Shown here: one piece after another, positions 1-12,469 of the stretch
Position numbering within the stretch: position 1 is the stretch's first letter
How the letters are laid out: every line of letters begins with the position of its first letter
NCBI GenBank assembly: GCA_976551045.1
Contig: CDPCPM010000059.1
Coordinates: 6,386,001-6,450,000 of the forward strand
Direction of reading: 5' to 3'
DNA: 64,000 nucleotides
Source of the DNA: Glaucostegus cemiculus
Lineage: Eukaryota
The notes under the pieces: generated by a model
What the model saw: only the letters and a program-made list of their open reading frames with translations
Databases searched by the model: none
Told to the model about the DNA's origin: nothing
Made by a program: the position numbers and the translations under genes

Positions 1-283
1 CGAAAGCTCCATTGATTGTTGAAGAGACATATTTTACGTTCATTGTGAAAATTACAATTTGCCCATTCCTGCATAATGTGAAAAATAGAAATGCAGCATG
101 ACAAAATGTCATCAATACAGCAAGTGTTTAAACGATTAGTTCCAAACTGGTGTACCCATCCTGTTTCTTGACTGGAAAATAGATGGGATAATAAGATTTT
201 AAAATAAAACTGTGGTAAACCAATTGAACAGGGAAGGATTTATTCCAAACTCATAATGAATTGACCTGTACGATGGGTTTATA

Positions 284-343
284 AGACAAGCTTTTCACTG
301 TACCTTGGTACAAGTGACAATAATAAACCAATACCAATACCAA
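284..343 (+). mobile_element. Rex1/Babar-type LINE 3' tail
   Basis: cttttcactgtaccttggtacaagtgacaataataa followed by (ACCAAT)3. The same tail ends the Rex1-like RT copies elsewhere in the window. Confidence 0.65.
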
Positions 344-424
344 TAATTCAAATTCCAATTATTATGACTTTACAATATCTTGGGAAAGGGTAAGGGGAAA
401 TGGGAGATTTATTTACTTTCCCCC

Positions 425-770
425 TAACTTTAGTCTTCTTTAGAACAAAAAAGACTGAGGGGAAATGTAATTGAGGTGTGTAAAATTATTAGCAGCCTAA
501 ACAAATTGGATAGGGTTTCTCCTGGCAGAGATGCTCAAAGTTAATGATGGAAGGGTTAAAGGGGAGCTGAGGAAAATTAAGTACCCCAAGAGCAGTGGGG
601 ATCTGGAACTCATTGCAGGAAAGAGTGGTTGAGCCAAAAATCCTCAGCTATTTAAAACATAACTGGATAAGCATGAGAAGGACTGTAACCTTTGAGGTTA
701 CAGACCGAAAGCTGGGACTTTGGATTAACCTAACTAGCTCCAATTTTGCTGTTCCATAAATTTCTATATC
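425..770 (+). mobile_element. Decayed CR1 LINE 3' fragment
   Basis: agactgaggggaaatgtaattgaggtgtgtaaaatt...tggaactcattgc matches the CR1 ORF2 C-terminus (RLRGDLIEVYKI...WNSL) seen in better-preserved copies here. Confidence 0.6.
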
Positions 771-1874
771 CTCTGAACCTGTGATTTCCTTTGCTATGCC
801 TTCTTTCCAAAGTAAAGAGGTAAAATGGGGTAATCAATCATCTGCATAACTTACATAGCAAAACAAAGAACCAGGTGGTAATGGACCTTGATTCTGATGG
901 AATTTACACTTAATTAGTCTTTTAAAATGTAATTTTATTTAAACAATGTTTAAATTTGTGAAGCAGAAATTTTGTTTTGTTTGCAAATGTTAACAGGGAA
1001 TATGGAATAAGTTGCCTCTTTTAGTTCCTTCTTGATCTGCTTTTATGTTGATTTCATTGGGATTAAATGAAATGGTATCTTTTAAATTCCAGTGATCAAA
1101 GGTAAACTTCTGACTTTGTACATCAATGGATCAAATTGAAGTTTACTTTAAAAAGTAAAGGCACGGTGTTTCTGCTCGCCTATACATGCCCTCTTACTTA
1201 AAAACATCATTCTCTATTTTTCTTAAAAACTTCCAAGAGATGTGATCAGGAATGCAGATATGTCAGTGAGCCTTTGCTATTTCACAAACTTTAGCATAAA
1301 CTTTATATTTGCTTAGCATAAACTTTATATTCGGTTTATAATTTTCACACAGTAACTGTGCCCAATGGGGCACGATTCTCAGTGAGTTAGTTAAGGCCAG
1401 GTTTCATTCCAGTTTTACACCTTGGCGGTCTAATTTGAAATGCTCCCAAGATTCCATACAATATGTGATAGTAGACGACGAATGATTAATTTGTTCTTCT
1501 GAAATATTGTTCTGAGTAGCTTTATAGAGATTGGTATTGGTTTCTTATTGTCACAGTGCAAAACTTTTGTTTTGCATGCCATCCAGACAGATCATACCAT
1601 ACATACTTAGCAAACAATAGTTAACTGAAGTTTAACCCGTGTTTATATCTCCTAACCTAAAAGAGTGAGGCAGTGTTTGATATTTGAGATAATTTTAAGG
1701 TTTCATGTTTCAATGGCTGTAAGATCATCAGAAATTCTTGATGACAAACAAATCTGATCCTATGTAAGGAACCCCATAACTTAATATCATTTTGTATGAA
1801 CATCGCCATTTTGTCAAGAGAGATCATAAAATATAAAATGTAGAAGACACTCTACTGTGCTGAGCCAAGTTAGG

Positions 1875-2128
1875 AACATAAGAAATAAGAGCAGGAGTAG
1901 ACCATCTGGCCTGTCAAGCCTGCTCCACCACTCAATCATGGCCAATCTGGCTGTGGACTGAGCTCCACCTACCTGCCTTTTCCCAATAACCCCTAATTCC
2001 CCTACCATGCAAAAATCTATCTAACTGTGTCTTGGAATATATTTAATGAGGTAGCCTATACTGCTTTCTTGGGCAGAGAATTCATAGATTCACTACTCTG
2101 TAGGAAAAGCAGTTGCTCCTCTTCTCCA
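1875..2128 (-). mobile_element. CR1 LINE 3' end, same subfamily as 19260-19511
   Basis: Reverse complement is nearly identical to the 3' end of the long CR1. ORFs 1814..2008 and 19287..19643 share SRLDxPDGLLLLLFL. Confidence 0.85.
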
Positions 2129-2468
2129 TTCTAAATCTGCTCCCCCAAATCTTGAGGCTATGTCCCCTTGGTATATTAGAACAGTGGATTGGAAGATTGG
2201 CCCAATACTTGATTTGCAAGATCTTATTAAAAAGCCCAGGAAAATGGCTCAGTTCCCAAACAATGAAGTTCTTCAAAAAGCGCAAAAATGAAAGATATCA
2301 AAACAAAGGTTTCTGTGTAATCAACAGCTGGAAATGAATTCTTGTATGACAAGTTTCGTTTTGATAGAAGAACTATCAGAACTACGAGTGCATCTCAACT
2401 AATTTTGCATGGCATGTCTACTAAGTTTAAAAGCAATGCTTTCTAAACAGCCAGGTATTATTTTGTTA

Positions 2469-2482
2469 GTTGCCACAGCAAC
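2469..2482. promoter_or_regulatory. RFX X-box-like motif
   Basis: GTTGCCACAGCAAC versus consensus GTTGCCATGGCAAC, in non-repetitive sequence. Confidence 0.3.
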
Positions 2483-3169
2483 AGGAAAAAGATTACAACT
2501 ATCATTTCTACCCTTCAGTGGGACCCTGCTGTGTATCAAACCCATTTATTGTCCAAAGGACTTGCATCACAATCTTCAACTGACAGCTGCTGGACACACA
2601 AGTTAATCTGATTTAAGTCAGTTCATGTGGCCCAATAACACGTTTTGAAGGTGTGAGACAGAGTTCAGAGAATGAAGATTTGTTAGAATTGCTGATGCTA
2701 ACTCAGAGCCGGAAAGAGAGCAGGAGACAGGATATGGACAGGGTACCAGGAAGTGGGAATTCCTGTAGATTCTCTCAGATTTATTGGAAGAGATTGATCG
2801 TAATCTCAATGTGTTACCCACTCAATTGGCAGATAGATTGATGGACTGTTCTTATCTGGGCTTGGAATTGTAGTGAATGATAGGTAGGCCAAAATAACAA
2901 GGGGTGAGTCAGTGAGAGTATGGACATGTCAGGGTGTGACCAATCACTGAGTTTAATAGATAGCTTTGGTGAGAAGTGGTTTTGGATTACTGCTTCTACC
3001 TTGCCTAGAGCCAATACTACAATAGCATTTACCACACGTATCTGGCATCTTCTTGGACATGAGATAGAAGGTAACTACTTTATGTAGCCACCTTATCTAG
3101 TATGGTTACCATATTTAAGGTAACCATCTTAAAATATTTTGTTAATGTTCTGAAAGCAGGTTATTCACC

Positions 3170-3877
3170 CTGTGTGTGACACACTTTCATTTAAACCAAC
3201 ATTGGTTGCCTAGGATCAGGATATCATTTTTTTTTGTGTTTGGTTTTGCTTATGGTTACAGATATTGCAGCATATTGAAACAAATGTGACCTATCTTTTG
3301 GATTTGGAGGATGATCTTCAGACTTTCTGATCACTGTCAGAAAGTCCTAGGGATTCATTTTCCTCCAGGTAGATATCATCCTAATTTTTGTTGTTGACAG
3401 CTGTTGGATTCGACTGTTTTAATTAGTTTTTTAAACATGCTTTTAAACATGTTTAATACACCTCAAGTGGCAACACAAGGAATGGCCACTCACTAGCTTA
3501 TTAGTTCATCCATCATGTGAATATGTGGTTTATTTTCCATTGGCTGGTTTGGCCACAAGTGTCTAATAGGTTTCCTGATTGGACTATTGTTAGCTAAAGA
3601 GCATCTCTTATCTCAGGTAGAAAAGGTGTCATCTTTTTGTTAATCTCTCTCTTGTTACTTTCATCTTTTTGTTAATCTCTCTCTTGTTCTTCTCCCCTGG
3701 CCTGAGCTCATCTTTTGTTCCCTTTGTCTCAGCTCATCAAAGCTAGTGCCGTGTGCTCTGTGACTGTTTCTTTGTTTTAAACTTTTCCAATAAAACTTTG
3801 AAGCACCAAGTTGTTTTCAACTCATTCCTGGACTCCTGAAAGAACCTGTGGAGTCGAAAATAACTGGATCTGACACA
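3170..3877 (+). mobile_element. Possible solo LTR
   Basis: TG... start and ...ACA end, two ATTGG (CCAAT) boxes, an internal ~32-bp tandem duplication (3629-3690) and AATAAA at ~3789. No clean TSD found. Confidence 0.3.
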
Positions 3878-4060
3878 GCCACCAATCATGTGCATGAACC
3901 TCCCATCAATTATTTGCCTGAAATTTCCCACCAATCATCTACCTGACCCCCTCACCAATAATCCACTTGGAGCTCCCACCAATCATCTGACTGACCCTGC
4001 CCTCTAGCCCACCAATCATCTGACTCACACTTTACCAATAATCTGACCAAGTCCAACCTC
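3878..4060 (+). repeat. Degenerate minisatellite, unit ~ccaccaatcatctgactgaccc
   Basis: About 7 recognisable 25-30-bp units with a CCAAT core. Confidence 0.65.
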
Positions 4061-4109
4061 CACCATTTTGCCAACACACATCCCATCTATGACACAGTCA
4101 GTAAAATAT

Positions 4110-5040
4110 TAACTTGGCTAAATAACAGAAAACAGAGAGTCAAGACAAGCAGACATGCTGGAAGTAATGGGTATGACAGGGATCATTGTGCTAGGACTCA
4201 ACAGTTGCTATTTTATTCATGACCTCGATGAACAGACCACATGTACTATCGCTAAATTAGACAACATTGTTGATGCTGCAAAGATGAGTGGAAAAGCAGA
4301 GGAGGAGCAAGAGTCAGCAAAGAAATATAGGTAGGTAAAGAGAGCGAGCAAAATTTGTCAGTTGGTGTATTCTGAGGGGAAATGTTGGTAATAAGGACAG
4401 AAAAACAGAATATTAATTGAATGGATAGAGAAGGCTGAATATTGTGCTGCAAAGGGTTGTCCTTATTATATAAAACATAGAAAGTTAGTAAGGAGGTATA
4501 GTAAGTAATTAAGAAGCTTCATGGAATGTTGGCCTTCATTGCATAAAGGATAGGGTAAAAAAAAAGGTAGGAAAGTCTTGCTACAACTGTGTAGGCTTTT
4601 TGGTGAATATTATGCAGTTTCATCACTTTACTTAAAGAGGCATGTACTGAGGTGAAGGGGTTGTCTTCTGAGGAAATACTGTGCAAGTTATGCCCATATT
4701 CACTGGAGTTTTGAAGAAGGAAAGGTGATCTTACTGAAATATAAGATTCTGAGGGGGGTTTGACAGAAAAAGCTGAGAAGATGTTTTAGAATAATGGGTT
4801 GTAAGACAGACGAGAAGCAATTTTTTCTTTTCATAAGCTTGTATATCTTCAGAATTTTTGACCCTAGAGAGTTCTGGAGACTGAATCATTGAATATATTC
4901 AGGGCTGAGACAGACAGATTGTTCAATACTGGTGAGTTAAGGACTCTGGTGGACAGGTGTTGATGCTAAGTTCAGACCAGCAATGATTTTACTGAATGGT
5001 GGAGTAGGTTCAAGGTACAACATGGGATACTCTGTTTCTG
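4110..5040 (+). mobile_element. Highly decayed CR1 ORF2 RT and 3' end
   Basis: Remnants such as ggaatgttggccttcattgc and tcattgaatatattcagggctgagacagacagatt are colinear with CR1 18870-19400. Confidence 0.65.
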
Positions 5041-5054
5041 TGTTTTACTTTCTC

Positions 5055-5440
5055 ACTTCCCTTAAAATTCTCATTCCGGTGTTCAAACCTCTCCATGGCC
5101 CCATCCTCACTAACTCTGCAACCTCTTCCAGAATTCAACAGGAGCCGAGAATTGTTCTAATTATGTCCTTTGTGCATTGTTCATATTCATTACTTCGTGC
5201 TGGGTAGATGTCCCTCCAGCTAAGCTCCAGAATTCCCCTCTTGTAGTTCTTGAATTTTCTAACTTTCACTCCTTTAAGATGCTCCTTTAAAATTTATTCC
5301 ATTTTGGTCTAATGCCTGAGTGTGCCCTCCTTATACTCAGTGCTGTTTATTTGTTGAACTGAGCTCCTTGTGAACTGCATTGAGGAATACTTACACCGAG
5401 GAATACTTACACCAAGGAATAGACTGTTTAAATGCACCTT
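5055..5440 (+). mobile_element. L2-type LINE 3' fragment
   Basis: LKILIPVFKPLHG resembles the L2 C-terminal FKILxLVFKxLHG motif. Confidence 0.5.
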
Positions 5441-5627
5441 GCAACCATTAATTTTTTACTGAACCAGTAATAATAGTGAAAAACAATGAAAGAGAGAATT
5501 GTTATGATAAATGATTTGATGGCAAATCATTGAAATGTTAACTTAGAGTGAATTCCAGAAGCCTGGGCTAATGATTTGAAGATGTGAGGTCAGATTCCAT
5601 CACAGCTTTTGGGAAATGTCAAATAAG

Positions 5628-6145
5628 TACAGTAAAACTCCAACAATCTGCTCTCTGATTGCTTTGAAATCCTGAGGGTTCAGCATTTGGCTCATCAGGT
5701 GATGATATCTATGCTTTTTATAAACTCATTGGGGCCCCATTCTCACACTCCAATTAAAGTCACCAGGGACGCTTCCATATTCTCCTTTTAAACTCTCCAG
5801 GGCCCATTTCCCACACTTAAAAACTCTCCAAAGCCCCATTCCCAAACTTCTTTTTAGCTCACCAGGGCCCCTGTTCTCACTCTCCTCATCAGCTCACCAG
5901 GTCCTCGTTTCCAAGCTCCTTTTAAACTCAGTGGGCTCTGTTTCCTGTGCACTGTTTAAACTTGCTAAGTTCTGTTTCCCACATGGTCTTCAAGCTCACC
6001 TGATTCACTGGAAAATGTATTATACTACTGCATAATATCTGAAGGAAGTGAATTGAGAGTGGGTTGGGGTATTGATACAAGTAGCATCGAATAGTTCGGA
6101 AAATTTGCCAGTCTGTGGGTGCTCAATTATTAGAGTTTTACTGTA
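5628..6145. mobile_element. Non-autonomous pogo/Tigger (Tc1/mariner superfamily) MITE with internal ~35-bp tandem repeat
   Basis: TA|CAGTAAAACTCCAACAAT ... ATTATTAGAGTTTTACTG|TA gives 18-bp TIRs (16/18 match) with a TA TSD. Internal units ttttaaactcaccagggccccattcccacac span ~5715-6000. Confidence 0.75.
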
Positions 6146-6159
6146 ACATTAAAAGCACA

Positions 6160-6690
6160 GGGTCATAGAGTTATGCAGGACAGAAACAGGCCCTTTGGCC
6201 CAACTCACCAATGCCGACCAGGATATCTTCCTGAGCTAATCCCATTTGCCTGCATTTGGCCCATATCCCTCTAAACCCTTCCTATCCATGTACTTGTCTA
6301 AATATTTTATAAACTTTGTAGTTGTACCTGCATCTACCACCTCCTCTGGCAGCTTGTTCTACATACCCACTGCCTTCTGTGTGGAAAAACTTACCTTCAG
6401 CTCCCCTTTTAAATCATTCCCCACTCACCTTAAACCCATGCCCTCTAGTTTTAGACTGACCTACGCTGGGAAAAAGACTGTGACCACCCACCTTATCTAT
6501 GACCCCCATGATTTTATAAACCTCTAGAAGATCACCCCTCAGCCTCCTTGCTCCAAGAAAAACATCCCCAGCCTAGCCAGTCCCTCCTTATAACACAAAC
6601 TCTCCAGTCCTGGCAACATCCTTGTGGAACTTTTCTGCACCCTTTCTAGCTTTGCTATATCATTTGCACCCTCTCTTACTTAATCACTTC
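6160..6690 (-). mobile_element. CR1/HER1-type LINE 3' end
   Basis: ggccctttggcccaactc...ggcccatatccctctaaacc is the reverse complement of the HER1-type tail and the GLEGYGPNAGKWD terminus. Confidence 0.8.
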
Positions 6691-9019
6691 CTTGACTATT
6701 AAGCTCATGGTAAAATGTGGCACATCACAAAGGATACTTAAAGAAGACATTAAATTGAGGCTTACTAGTGAATGAAAAAGCGGTTTAAATTGTATTTAAT
6801 TCCAACTAAATTTAGCACTTTCAAGACATCATAACTCTTAAAAGAATATGGAAATGGATGTTATTTCTTTCCTACTTGGTGTCAATATATTTCGATACTA
6901 CTTTATATCTCAAGTGCCATTCTATCTTGCTACAACAATATTGTCATTTTTTTATATAACTTTATCTACATATAGTTCAAGTTGGTACTCTTCTCACTGT
7001 TATGAAGAGAGTGGTTGCCTTGTCCTGTTTATTGCAATTGCATTGAGGGATGTTCAGATGAAGAGGAGTTACCTAGCAAATAGTCATTACGTCTAATTTT
7101 GTCACTTTTGTAAGGGCCACAACTAATAGAGAAATAAAGAGGGGAAACAAAGGGAGCTTATCCAAGCAGTAATGACATTGCCACCGGAGTCCAATGAGCC
7201 CGCTGATTCAGCAATAGTGGTGGACCTCAAGTCAACTGACAGACACTGCACACATTTTCCTCTTTGCCTGAAGGTACTCTGATCTGGAACTGTGGATGAC
7301 CACTTGACAAAGCTCACAAGCAGATCTTCTGACTTTACTGCAACACTGCTCCATCCCCTGAAAGAACTTCAGTCCAATCCGTGCAGGATGGCTCAAGATC
7401 ATAGCTCTGCAGCTGGGGTGGAGCCAGAAGTCGAGGGACAGCAATTTGCAAGGCCTTTCTGATTTTTGTCTGACAAAGCTAAATTCGTAGAGATATAAAA
7501 ATTCATTCAGCAAGAAACACTCAGTTCAAGAAGCTCCACTTGAATTTTTGAGATGGTTTGAGTGACAATCCTGTAACCAGGGATTTCTCAGCTGTGATAA
7601 ATACAAATTGTTTTAGACATATTCTCAGTGCACTCAATTCATCCATTATCCCAAAACAAATTCCATTAAATAGAGAGATATTAATTAGTGTAAAAATATT
7701 TTGTTCAATGTCTGGGGATAAGGGGCTCTGAGAATTCCATGTTTTGTTATTCTAGTTCAGAAAATAGTTAACAGAGCTAAACGTGTTGCAGTTTCATTTG
7801 ACGACTTAATTTGCTTCTGTGTGCACAGGTGATTTAAAAGTTCTTTTAAACATATTTTCCTAGGGAGTGATTAAAATGAGGGGTTTGTTACTGTAAGGAA
7901 TTGTTGAGGAGAATGTCGCGGATGGATTGTAGCAGGAGTTGGATAAGTATTTGAGGAAGAACAGAGAGAAGGATATGCCGAAGAGATTGGATTACATAGG
8001 ATGGGAAGAGGTTCATGTGGAACATAAACACCAGCATTGAACATTTGAACAGGATAGCTTGTTGAATGTTGTCAGTTTTCTATGAAGGATTCTGATTGCA
8101 TGTAGGAGGGGGAAGGCTATAACTAAGAAAAAGCAAATTTTCAAGGCATTTATACTCTGGTATGTATGCCCATGACAATAAACTTGAACTTGTGAATGTT
8201 GCTTATATGATGCCATGTGCCTGTGATGCTGCTACAAATAAGCTTTTCACTGTACTTGTGCATATGTCAATAAACTCAACTTTGAACTTGAATTTGGTGG
8301 AGACTGAATAATAGTGCCAGATTAATCTCAAATTATCATTGGCATTTTCATAGAACATAATGCATAACCTGAAACTGCATTGCAGGTTTCTGTGTGCCTA
8401 TTGCATGTACAAATGAGGGCCAATGTAACATCAGTTGGAGTCCAAAACTGCTGCTGCAACTTTGAAGAATGTTGGAGAAACTGCATGGGCCTTGATAATG
8501 AAAGCAGGTCCTACCAGGTGCATTATGAGCTTCTCGGGTTAAAGTGACAATCATTGCCTGTATATTGTTGGGATGATTGCCCCTGAAGACAACCGTGAAA
8601 TCTACTCCAATGGACCTGAAGTCTCCACAAGTTTCCATTAGTGGGCCAGGGTGTTGGGCCACCCAGATATAGCCCCCTAGTGTCAGCCCTTGTTGCAACA
8701 ATGGCTGATGTTCTTTTTGAGAAAAGGATATCTATTCCTGGGCAATTCCTGCCACATGAGATTATGTTGGTAGATTCAGTCCCTCTATTGAAGGAGTGGG
8801 TCCTGTTGAAATAAATTGCCTCAAGAGGTCCTACCATTGGAGGAGGTGGCAGTAAATTGGTGGTACTTGCCATGTCCCTGAAAGTAAGTGGAGTCAATTC
8901 ATGGCACCACCTTGAAGATCTGAGATACGTGCCTATTATATGCACAATACCTTCAAGGTCGTACAAGTATGAGAATCCATCTTTCACAGCCCCAGAACAA
9001 ACTGACATGGAAACATAAG

Positions 9020-9606
9020 GGTAGCCTACAGCCCATTGTAATGAACATAGCATTTTCCATTTTCAGGTAACCCATACTCCCTGTGTTGCTTTCCCACTCC
9101 TACCAGCCCACTCAGGTTCCCTCTCCTATGTTCACCTTTTTCATCCATCCCACCCCCCCCCCCCCACCTTGTTACCAAGACTCATTACCCTCCCCTACCT
9201 GGTTCCACCTGCTCATCATCCCTTCTTTATCTGTTTCTAGAATTTGGTGGCTTGTTACAAGCTGCACTCTGCAGATCTACTCATTACTTCTATTATAATC
9301 ATTCTACTTTTTCATATTTAAATTCTATGTATTGATTTTACCCTGTGCTACCTCAAAACACTGTAATTGATCTGTACAAACGGTATGCAAGAGAAGTTTT
9401 ATCACTGTACCTCGGTAAAAGTGACAATAATATACCAATACCTTTGGCCTACCAGCCTCTGTGTCAACACTCCCTCCTCCCTTCTGCCCCAGCTGGATCC
9501 ATCTGACCATCGAGCCCAACTCACCTGATTCCACCTATCACCCACAAGCTCCTGTCTCACTCCTGCCTCTCACTTCTATACTCCATCCTATCCTGTAAGT
9601 TCTGAT
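9020..9606 (+). mobile_element. Penelope-like element 3' remnant, interrupted by a Rex1-type tail (~9292-9440)
   Basis: ctacagcccattgtaatgaacatagcattttccattttcagg matches the PLE terminus LQPxGMNIxFS, followed by a C-rich 3' region like the other PLE copies. Confidence 0.55.
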
Positions 9607-9611
9607 TCACG

Positions 9612-9780
9612 GTTTGTACGTTCTCCCGTGTCTGCGTGGGTTTCCTCTGGGTGCTCCGGTTTCCTCCCACATTCTAAAAAGATGTACGGGTAGGTTAATT
9701 TGGGGGTTTAAAATGGGCGGCGCGGACTCGCTGGGCCAAAGGGGCCTGTTACCATACTGTAAATAAAATTTATAATTTAA
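9612..9780 (+). mobile_element. 5'-truncated V-SINE (HE1-like) with CR1-type tail
   Basis: V-domain gtttgtacgttctcccgtgtctgcgtgggtttcctctgggtgctccggtttcctcccacattc. CpGs are retained, so the copy is young. Confidence 0.8.
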
Positions 9781-9807
9781 TTAAAAAAAACTTTATTAAC
9801 CCGAAAT

Positions 9808-10449
9808 GGAAAAACACGATGATGCTGGAGGAACTCAGCAGGCCAGGCAGCATCTGTGGAGAAAAGCAGATCATCAACGTTTCGGGTCAGGACTGAAGAT
9901 AGGAAAAGGGGAAGCCCAATGTATGGGAGGGAAAAGCAGAGCAGTGATAGGTGGACAACAGAGGGGAGGGAGGGTGGGCACATGATGATGATAGGTAGAT
10001 GCAGGTAAGAGCTAGTGATAGGCAGGTGTGGGAGAGGAGGGGAGGGCAGATCCACTGGGGGATGGGACAAAGGTAAGGAGAGAAAGGAGAAAAAAAAAGT
10101 AGAAAAAAATAGGTTAGGAAAGGGAAGAAGAGAAGAAGCATAGTGGTGGGGGGTGGGAATCACCTAAGGTGGGAGAATTCAATATTCATGCTGTTAGGCT
10201 GCAAGGTTCCAAGATGGAAAATGAGGTGCTGTTCCTCCAGTTTGCGCCTGGAATTCTCCTGGCAGTGGAGGAGACCGAGGTCTGTCTCATCAGTGATAGT
10301 GTGGGAGGGGGAGTTGGAGAGACTGGCAACAGGGAAATGTAGGTCACAATTACAGACAGAGCGCAGGTGTTCAGCGAAACGATCAACTCCCTTTTCCTCC
10401 ACAGATGCTGCTCGACCCGCTGAGTTCCTCTAGCAGTTTATTTTTTGCT
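9808..10449 (-). mobile_element. Penelope-like element (GIY-YIG C-terminus plus pseudo-LTR) with inverted terminal copies
   Basis: ORF 10160..10402 DRFAEHLRSV...RRKLEEQHLIFHLGTLQPNSMNIEFS is a PLE endonuclease C-terminus. 9822-9867 and 10391-10435 are inverted copies. Confidence 0.8.
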
Positions 10450-10949
10450 ATAAACCGGCCTGGGCTCACAGTATAGTACAATCTGAAGGAACATTACCAT
10501 AGTACATGTAATGTAGGTTTGAACAACTATGTTTTAGATTGGCTGTCATCCCTAAGGATTGAGTCATTAGTCTCTGGGTTGTATCAGTGTATATCAAAAG
10601 CTCCAGAGGCAGTCTGTGAGGACCCCTTGAATAAATTAAACGTATGATGGTTGAGTTCCTCATGTCTCATGGTGTAATGGGACAATGACACTGACTGTAC
10701 ATATTGCATCTACTAATACCATTTTTCAATTTTTCTTGCTGCAATGCATTGACCTCACTTTCAACACATTTACTATTGTATTGGAGCTGATCTACAGAGT
10801 TAATGGTTCTACCTCAATCATTTTCAGTCCAGAACTAATGCTTATCTCAGCATTGCAGCTGCGGAGTGCATGTGGCTCTTCCACTCATGCACATTCCAAG
10901 GACCAGCTCCAGGTCATTGTTGATTCATTCATTATTCTCTACTAATTGG

Positions 10950-11310
10950 GGACAGAGGGAACTTGGAGTTCAAATACATGGTTCATTGAACGTGGACCAC
11001 AGGTACACAGGGTGGTGAAGATGGCATGCTGGCCTTCATCAGGGCACTGAGTATAAAGGTTGGGAAGTCACGGTGCGGTCGTACAAGATGCTGGTGAAAC
11101 TGTACTTGGACTATTGTGTTCAGTTTTGGTCACCCTGCTATAGGAAAGATGTTATTAAACTGGAAAGAGTGCAGAAAAGATTTACAAGGATGTTGCAAGG
11201 TTTTGAGGGACTGAGTTATAGGGAGAGGTTGGACAGGTGAGGAGTTTATTCCTTGGAGTGTAGGAGACTGAGGGGTGAACAAAATCCTGAGGGGCATGGA
11301 TAGGGTGAGT
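10950..11310 (+). mobile_element. CR1 LINE ORF2 fragment
   Basis: Reads YCVQFWSPCYRKDVIKLERVQKRFTRML. Confidence 0.8.
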
Positions 11311-11339
11311 ATACATCCCCTCTAAAATTGCTGAACTGT

Positions 11340-11690
11340 GCTATGGCACAGTTCCAGTGCCTGGATTCAATCCTGACCTTGGATGTCATTGTGTGGAGTT
11401 TGTATATTCTCCCCTTGAACAAATTGGTTTCTCTCAAGGAGCTCCGGTTTCCTCCCACCTCCCAATGGCATGCCCATAGATTAATTGGCTACTATAAATT
11501 GCCCCTAGAGTGGATGGCCAGAAGGAGGATTAGTAGAAGGGAAGGTGTGAGGTCATTGGCATGTGAGGGAGAATAGGTTACAGGGAAAATAACTGCAACA
11601 GTGAGATTGATGGGAATGTTCTGAGAGATGTGAGGCATAGACTCGATGGGCTGAATGTCTCCTCCTAAGTCGTTAAGAAAATATGAAATG
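11340..11690 (+). mobile_element. Old V-SINE
   Basis: B-box-like ctggattcaatcctgac, then gtgtggagtttgtatattctcccc...ctccggtttcctcccac. Confidence 0.65.
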
Positions 11691-12114
11691 ATTTGTCATC
11701 TGTTTGTGGCAGTAGAGTGTTCTACATTCCCAGCACTTACGGTGATCCATCATGTCAAGTTCTCAGCACCATTAATTGGACAAGGTTAACAGATATCATC
11801 TTACTGCCAGCTCACTGCTGTGTTCCTCTTCATTTCAGCAGGTCTTTTCCTAAAATGTTTGGCCATTTCACCTTGTCAACTGTGCGAATTGGAGATTAAA
11901 GAGAGAGGTGTCTGTTATGAAGGTAGTGTTTCCAGCAGCAAGTGGCTGTGCTGTCCAGATTACTGCTCCGTCATTACTTCCACAGCATATTATCTATCTC
12001 TTTGGATAAGGAGCTCATTTCTGCAGTAGACAATAAACTTCCTTAGCCAAGATGAGGGGGAGGTTGTGGAGGGGTGCAAAATCAGAGGCTCTGGTACATA
12101 GACAGTTCATATTA

Positions 12115-12366
12115 ATTGGTAAATTGTTTATTATTATCAACTGTACCAACATACAGTGAAAAGCTTTTGCTTGCGTGCCATCCATACAGATCATCCCATA
12201 CACAAGGTAGTTTGATAGGAAAACTAAACAGAATGCAGGATATAGTATTAAAGCTACGAGAAAGTACAGTGCAGGTAGTCAAATAAGGTGCAAAGGCCAT
12301 GATGAGAGAGATTGAGAGATCAAGAGTTTGTCTTTATTGTACAAGAGGTCTGTTCAAGAGTCTAAT
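12115..12366 (-). mobile_element. Rex1/Babar 3' UTR and tail
   Basis: attggtaaattg...tttattattatcaactgtaccaacatacagtgaaaagc, colinear with 26158-26400 and 57400-57640. Confidence 0.7.
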
Positions 12367-12469
12367 AAACCCCTGCCTTTCAAGGTTGTTAGTGGAGTGA
12401 ATGAACAGCATAGACACAATTAACTAAACAATAGGGGGATTTGAAAGACCAAATTTCTTAGCATTCTGT

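Noticed and set aside
1291-1331. Short tandem duplication ttagcataaactttatatt x2 (similar cases at 5382-5419 and 3629-3690)
   Set aside because: Ordinary slippage duplications.
7100-7520. Exon-like unique sequence with short ORFs
   Set aside because: No recognisable homology and no convincing acceptor/donor pair.
8348-9053. Overlapping 176-aa and 117-aa minus-strand ORFs; IAGF-like Harbinger hint on the plus strand
   Set aside because: No recognisable protein or splice structure. Faint PGP.G and G.HP...AMIVTL motifs suggest a decayed LINE ORF2, and the downstream Harbinger DDE motifs are absent.
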